A stretch of DNA of 52,551 nt, counting the filler, from Catajapyx aquilonaris (lineage: Eukaryota), in assembly GCA_000934665.2 (NCBI GenBank). It is 3 parts of 3 records of this genome, joined end to end, with 100 filler letters (N's around TTAATTAATTAA, not from the genome) between each part and the next. Parts side by side here need not be neighbours in the genome. Positions count along the whole stretch, not along the records: positions 35,114 to 52,551 come from JYFJ02006944.1; 2 more parts are not named here. One strand, given 5' to 3'. The stretch's first letter is position 1. The number at the start of each line of letters is the position of its first letter. The translations under genes were made by a program, and so were the position numbers. The notes beneath the pieces were generated by a model. That model was not told the origin of the DNA, ran no database searches, and saw nothing but the letters and a program-made list of their open reading frames with translations. Positions 48,527 through 52,551 of the stretch are shown here, one piece after another.

Positions 48527-51168
48527 TCATAATTGCACTTTCAAATCATAATTATCGCGAACCTTTTTCTTGCAGACCTGACAAGAGAATGGTTTTTCTC
48601 CTGTATGAATTCGCATGTGCTGCTTCAACCTACTTGAATAACGAAATTCTTTCTGGCACACCTCACACGTAAATGGTTTCTCTCCTGTATGAACGAACAT
48701 GTGAGATATCAACCGAGTTGAATTACGAAATTTTTTCTGGCACACCTCACAAGTAAGCGGTTTTTCTCCCGTATGGATTTGCCTGTGCCTTTTTAAATGA
48801 CTTGAATTACGAAATTTCTTGTGGCAGACCTCACAAATAAGCTGTTCCTCAACTGTATGAATTCGATTGTGAGACCTTAGCTGAGTAGAATCATCAAATC
48901 TTATCTGGCAAATATGGCAGCAAGTGAATTTACTATGAATCATCATGTGAACTTTCAAATCCAGTTGGGTACCAAAATATTTCTGGCATATTCTGCACTC
49001 AAGCGGATTTCTTCCATCACATATTCCCTGCTGGTTTCTTTCTTCTTGGATCCCTTTCTCTTCTACGCCATCGTCAGTCCTCACTTGAACAACCTGGAAA
49101 GTGAATTATAGTACAGGGTGATCGAAAAATAATGCGCAGATTTTAAAACCATATAACTCGAAAACCTGTCTGAATGATTTAAGTTTTGTAATGCTAAAAA
49201 ATGTCTAAAGTTTTGTTCTTACCATAATTTGTTTCTATATGAGCTCCATTTGTCGCCTGCCAAATTTAAATAGTGTAATCAGTGTTGTGCCCTCTGACAT
49301 GTCTGGTGTTAGTATTGCAGTTTTATCCCGTAGGTGCTGGAGATTCCGAATCTTTTCCCCATACATTTGTCTCCACATGAAGTCCATCGGGGTAAGATAT
49401 GGGCTTCCGCGGGGACTATAGGCATGGGGAAACTTCTCATTCAAGGCTCGGGGGCTGAAGAAATGAAACCTTCCTACGGCAGGTTTGTTTCATGGATGAG
49501 GCGACTTTTTATTTTAATCATCAAGAACAATGTGTGTGGTGTCAAGATCCCAGAAATCCAGCACCTACGGGACTGGATATGACTGAGCGGGTTTAGCTCG
49601 AGACCGAATACCGTCCTCGTTATCTTCTGAGCAACAAATGAAGCTCATATCAAAACAAACTAAGGCGAGACCAAAACTTTATAGACATTTCCTAGCATTT
49701 CAAAACTTTAATCATTAAGATATGTCTACAAGTTTTCAAGTTATAGGGATTTAATATATGCGAATTCTATTTCGATCACTCTGTACATTAATTTCTATTA
49801 TGAACAGTGGATAGCCATCCATATGAGCATGCAAAGCCCATCTCACAGGAGAAGGAATGCCTGGAAGTGTTTGTATCTGCGAGTCTTAAAGGACTCCGCT
49901 CCTTGTGCTGGGTCACTAAGCTGATCTTTGTTCCCAACCATGATTGGACCACACTATACCTGAGGGAGGCAGGTGGGAGTGAGATGAATACATACAGACA
50001 AGTTGTTGTGAAGCAAGGTTAAGGGGCGCTCCTTGACACTTGTCGAAAAGGTCAAAATAATTCTTTTTCTGGTATATTTTGCAACAAGGAAATGCCAGAA
50101 GAAAATGATATATATATTTTTTTGGGCACTTTGCATTTTACAGGTGGGCTAATTGTGCATTTTTTGGTCACTTTCATTCATCAGTATGCAGTAGTCACTG
50201 TTAAAAGAATACAACAGGCAGAAAACTTTTAGAATTTGAAGCAAAAGGGATGATCCGTACTCTCTTACAGGAAAAAAAAAAATGCTTATCTGGAAAAGTA
50301 GGCATACATCATGTCGGCGATGTCGCACCCCGGCAATAACAGGGGCACAAGTCCAAAAAGTCAATATCACATGAGAGCACTTTGAAAGTTGTATAGTGTT
50401 GGTATAGTGTTATCATAAATCAGGTATTGATGCAGCATTCGAATAATCAGAATTACTAATTTTATTTATTTTTTTAATCAGAATATGCATTCTGATTGTG
50501 CACACGGTCATGGACCCTGCTCTAGTAGTAAGTCAAAATCGTCATTGTTGGACTTGTGCCCCTGTTATTGCCGGGATGCGATGTGGTTGTTGCAAGGGGA
50601 ACCATTTACATCAAGTGGCAAAGTAAATACCGAATGAGTGTGACTATTTCCAAAAACATATTCCAAACTTGCACATTTGATTTGGATTGATGATTAATTT
50701 TTTGTGTGACTCCAAGTCATTCATGGCTTTTTCCCATTAAATATTTGGTGTTGCCAGCGGATAACGAGGAGGCCAACAGATCTCTGTTGACTTTAGTGTA
50801 AAATCAAATTGCAGTTTCAGCTGATTACATACCTGACTATCACTTCCTGAACCAACAGCCAAAGGGTCATCCTCAACCACCCTGGACATGGCCACCAGCA
50901 TCTCTTCCTCCTCAGCTGGAACAACTCCCAATGGGTCATCTTCCTCTTTGTCTTCCTCACACATGTCCACCACCACCAACTCCTCCTCCGCTTCCTCCTT
51001 CTTGATCTCGAGGAGAGTGTCTTCCATGAGCGTAGTAGAGTCATTGTCCACCCGGTCCACCCATTCCGGGGTGTCCTCCTCTTTCATATTGGACTGCCAG
51101 GTCTCCTCCACTGTGACCATCCCACCTTCATCTCCTTCCTCCTCCTTTATCCTCAGGATCAAAGACAT
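48527..51168 (-). CDS. C2H2 zinc-finger protein, paralogue 1 (exons 51168-50833, 49093-48527; 300 aa, 5 fingers plus a broken sixth)
   Basis: Donor CAG|GTATGT and acceptor TTCCAG|GTT. The last finger reads CQVC..LKVQL*IHT, so the His is lost and a stop sits inside the finger. Confidence 0.82.
49114..49783. mobile_element. Tc1/mariner-derived non-autonomous element in the intron of ZNF paralogue 1
   Basis: TA|CAGGGTGATCGAAA and TTTCGATCACTCTG|TA. Transposase remnant [13 protein letters not shown] (compare WPPRSPDLTPLDF). Absent at the homologous site of paralogues 2 and 3. Confidence 0.85.
50324..50580. mobile_element. MITE with ~33-bp TIRs and a 4-bp ATGT duplication
   Basis: ATGT|CGCACCCCGGCAATAACAGGGGCACAAGTCCAA and TTGGACTTGTGCCCCTGTTATTGCCGGGATGCG|ATGT. 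Absent from the paralogue 2 intron (~44841). Confidence 0.75.
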
Positions 51169-52458
51169 GGCCCTGCAAACACAAAGAGTGGAGGTCATGC
51201 CATCACGTCAAGTGTCGTAATATCCCCAACCATGCCAGTTGAAGAGGAGGAGGGGCACTCTTTCTCTGTGGTGTGGGCAAAGGAGAACATGAAGTAGAGA
51301 ATGTTTGGACGGGAGTCATGCCAACCCTTCCCCCTCGTCCCTATTCACTCTATTTCTCTTCTTCATCCTTTTCACTCACCCTATTCTTCCTCCTCCTCCC
51401 CTCCTTCCACACCCGCAGGACCACCAGAGTCCCAGTGTTCCAGGCGGCCAAAGGAATCCAGTGGGAATGAGACGGACGGGGGGGAAAGGAGCTCAATTCG
51501 TATTCGACGGGGGGACAACTTCGAAGAGAACAAAGTCAGGCGGCCATCTTTTCTTTTTCTTTTTCTTTTTTTATGGGAATGAGGGTGCGTTCCTGTCGCC
51601 ACACCAGAGAGAGTGGAAGGACGGGCTTATGCGCTATCCCTCATCCTCTCAACAATCGCCGCTACTGGTGAAGCACTGCTACTCCTTCCAAAAACGCTAT
51701 TCACAACTCCCTGCCCTTCTGTGCTGTCAAAGTGCTCACGTTACAATACATACATACATTTCACGGCATATTCCCATAAAGATGGGGTTACCACGTTACA
51801 ATAAATTCTTAATAATTGAGATCACTCCAGAATTGGCAATAAAGTGCACGTTATTTCATGAATCAAAAAGACAAAATTACACAGTGTACAATATTGGCTG
51901 AGATCCCAGAAAAGTCTCCTCTTTTTAAAGGAAATGACTATAAAGACGTGGTTAACTTTTAATTATTTGCATTACATACTGAATTCCAAAGGTCAAAAGC
52001 TTACAATTTTTACACTCACTCATCATTGATTCCCGAAAACTCCCACTTCACAATATCAATGTAGTCGCACAGGGTGATGCATGCACATTCACTAGTGTTT
52101 TATTATAATTAGATTTTTTTAAATTGCCATTTCAAACAATATGTCTCCCTGAATTCTTTTACACAACCAGGATGTGCCTGTCCTGTATGACTTCTTCTTT
52201 TTTTTAAGCTTTTCAAACACCTTGTATTGAAATTTTTTTTTTTTCACGGCACAGCCCAAGAATAATTTGCTGCTTCTCTCATGTACTCGCATGAAGCGAA
52301 AATCGATAGTTAATACGTGCATCGGCTTCGGCGAACATTTCACTCGTCAAATCACTCACATGTAAACGCAGCTTTAGGCGCAGACTAAGCAACGATAATA
52401 TGAAATTCCATTGCCAGGAATGAAAATAAATTATGGCGGGCTTGATTTTTAGTGCCTA

Positions 52459-52551
52459 CTAGCAGGATACCCGGCGTTGCTCGGGTTATGAAATACTTTT
52501 CCATAAGAGTGACTCATTTGGTAGTAACCTTTGCAATAACTATGGCTATAC
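52459..52551 (-). mobile_element. 3' end of another Helitron
   Basis: Minus strand CCCGAGCAACGCCGGG hairpin, then TATCCTG-CTAG|T. It sits exactly where the duplicate upstream region reads GCCTA|TTTAAG (~48377). Confidence 0.82.

Noticed and set aside
1..52551. A single system linking Helitron, Academ, lipocalins and ZNFs
   Set aside because: The parts lie on separate, artificially joined contigs.

Overview
Eukaryotic, probably arthropod, DNA. The window is three contigs of near-equal, descending length (1-17471, 17572-35013, 35114-52551) joined by artificial 100-bp spacers (N44-TTAATTAATTAA-N44), so no linkage across spacers should be assumed. Contig 1 is a transposon graveyard: a decayed Helitron/Helentron RepHel gene interrupted by an RNase H-bearing LINE, an Academ-type element with ~1-kb TIRs, several MITEs and a >2.8-kb palindrome. 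Contig 2 holds the 3-exon MRPL1 gene, a convergent 2-exon gene for a secreted, furin-cleavable, very cationic Gly/Arg-rich precursor (candidate antimicrobial peptide), and a cluster of divergent secreted lipocalins sharing exon structure. Contig 3 is a tandem array of four C2H2 zinc-finger paralogues. Each has a short acidic exon rich in SUMO consensus motifs (no KRAB or ZAD) spliced to a finger array that varies in finger number and recognition residues. The best candidates for undescribed biology are the ZNF family, the cationic peptide precursor and the lipocalin cluster. All calls come from manual reading and translation; no database searches were run, so novelty is untested.
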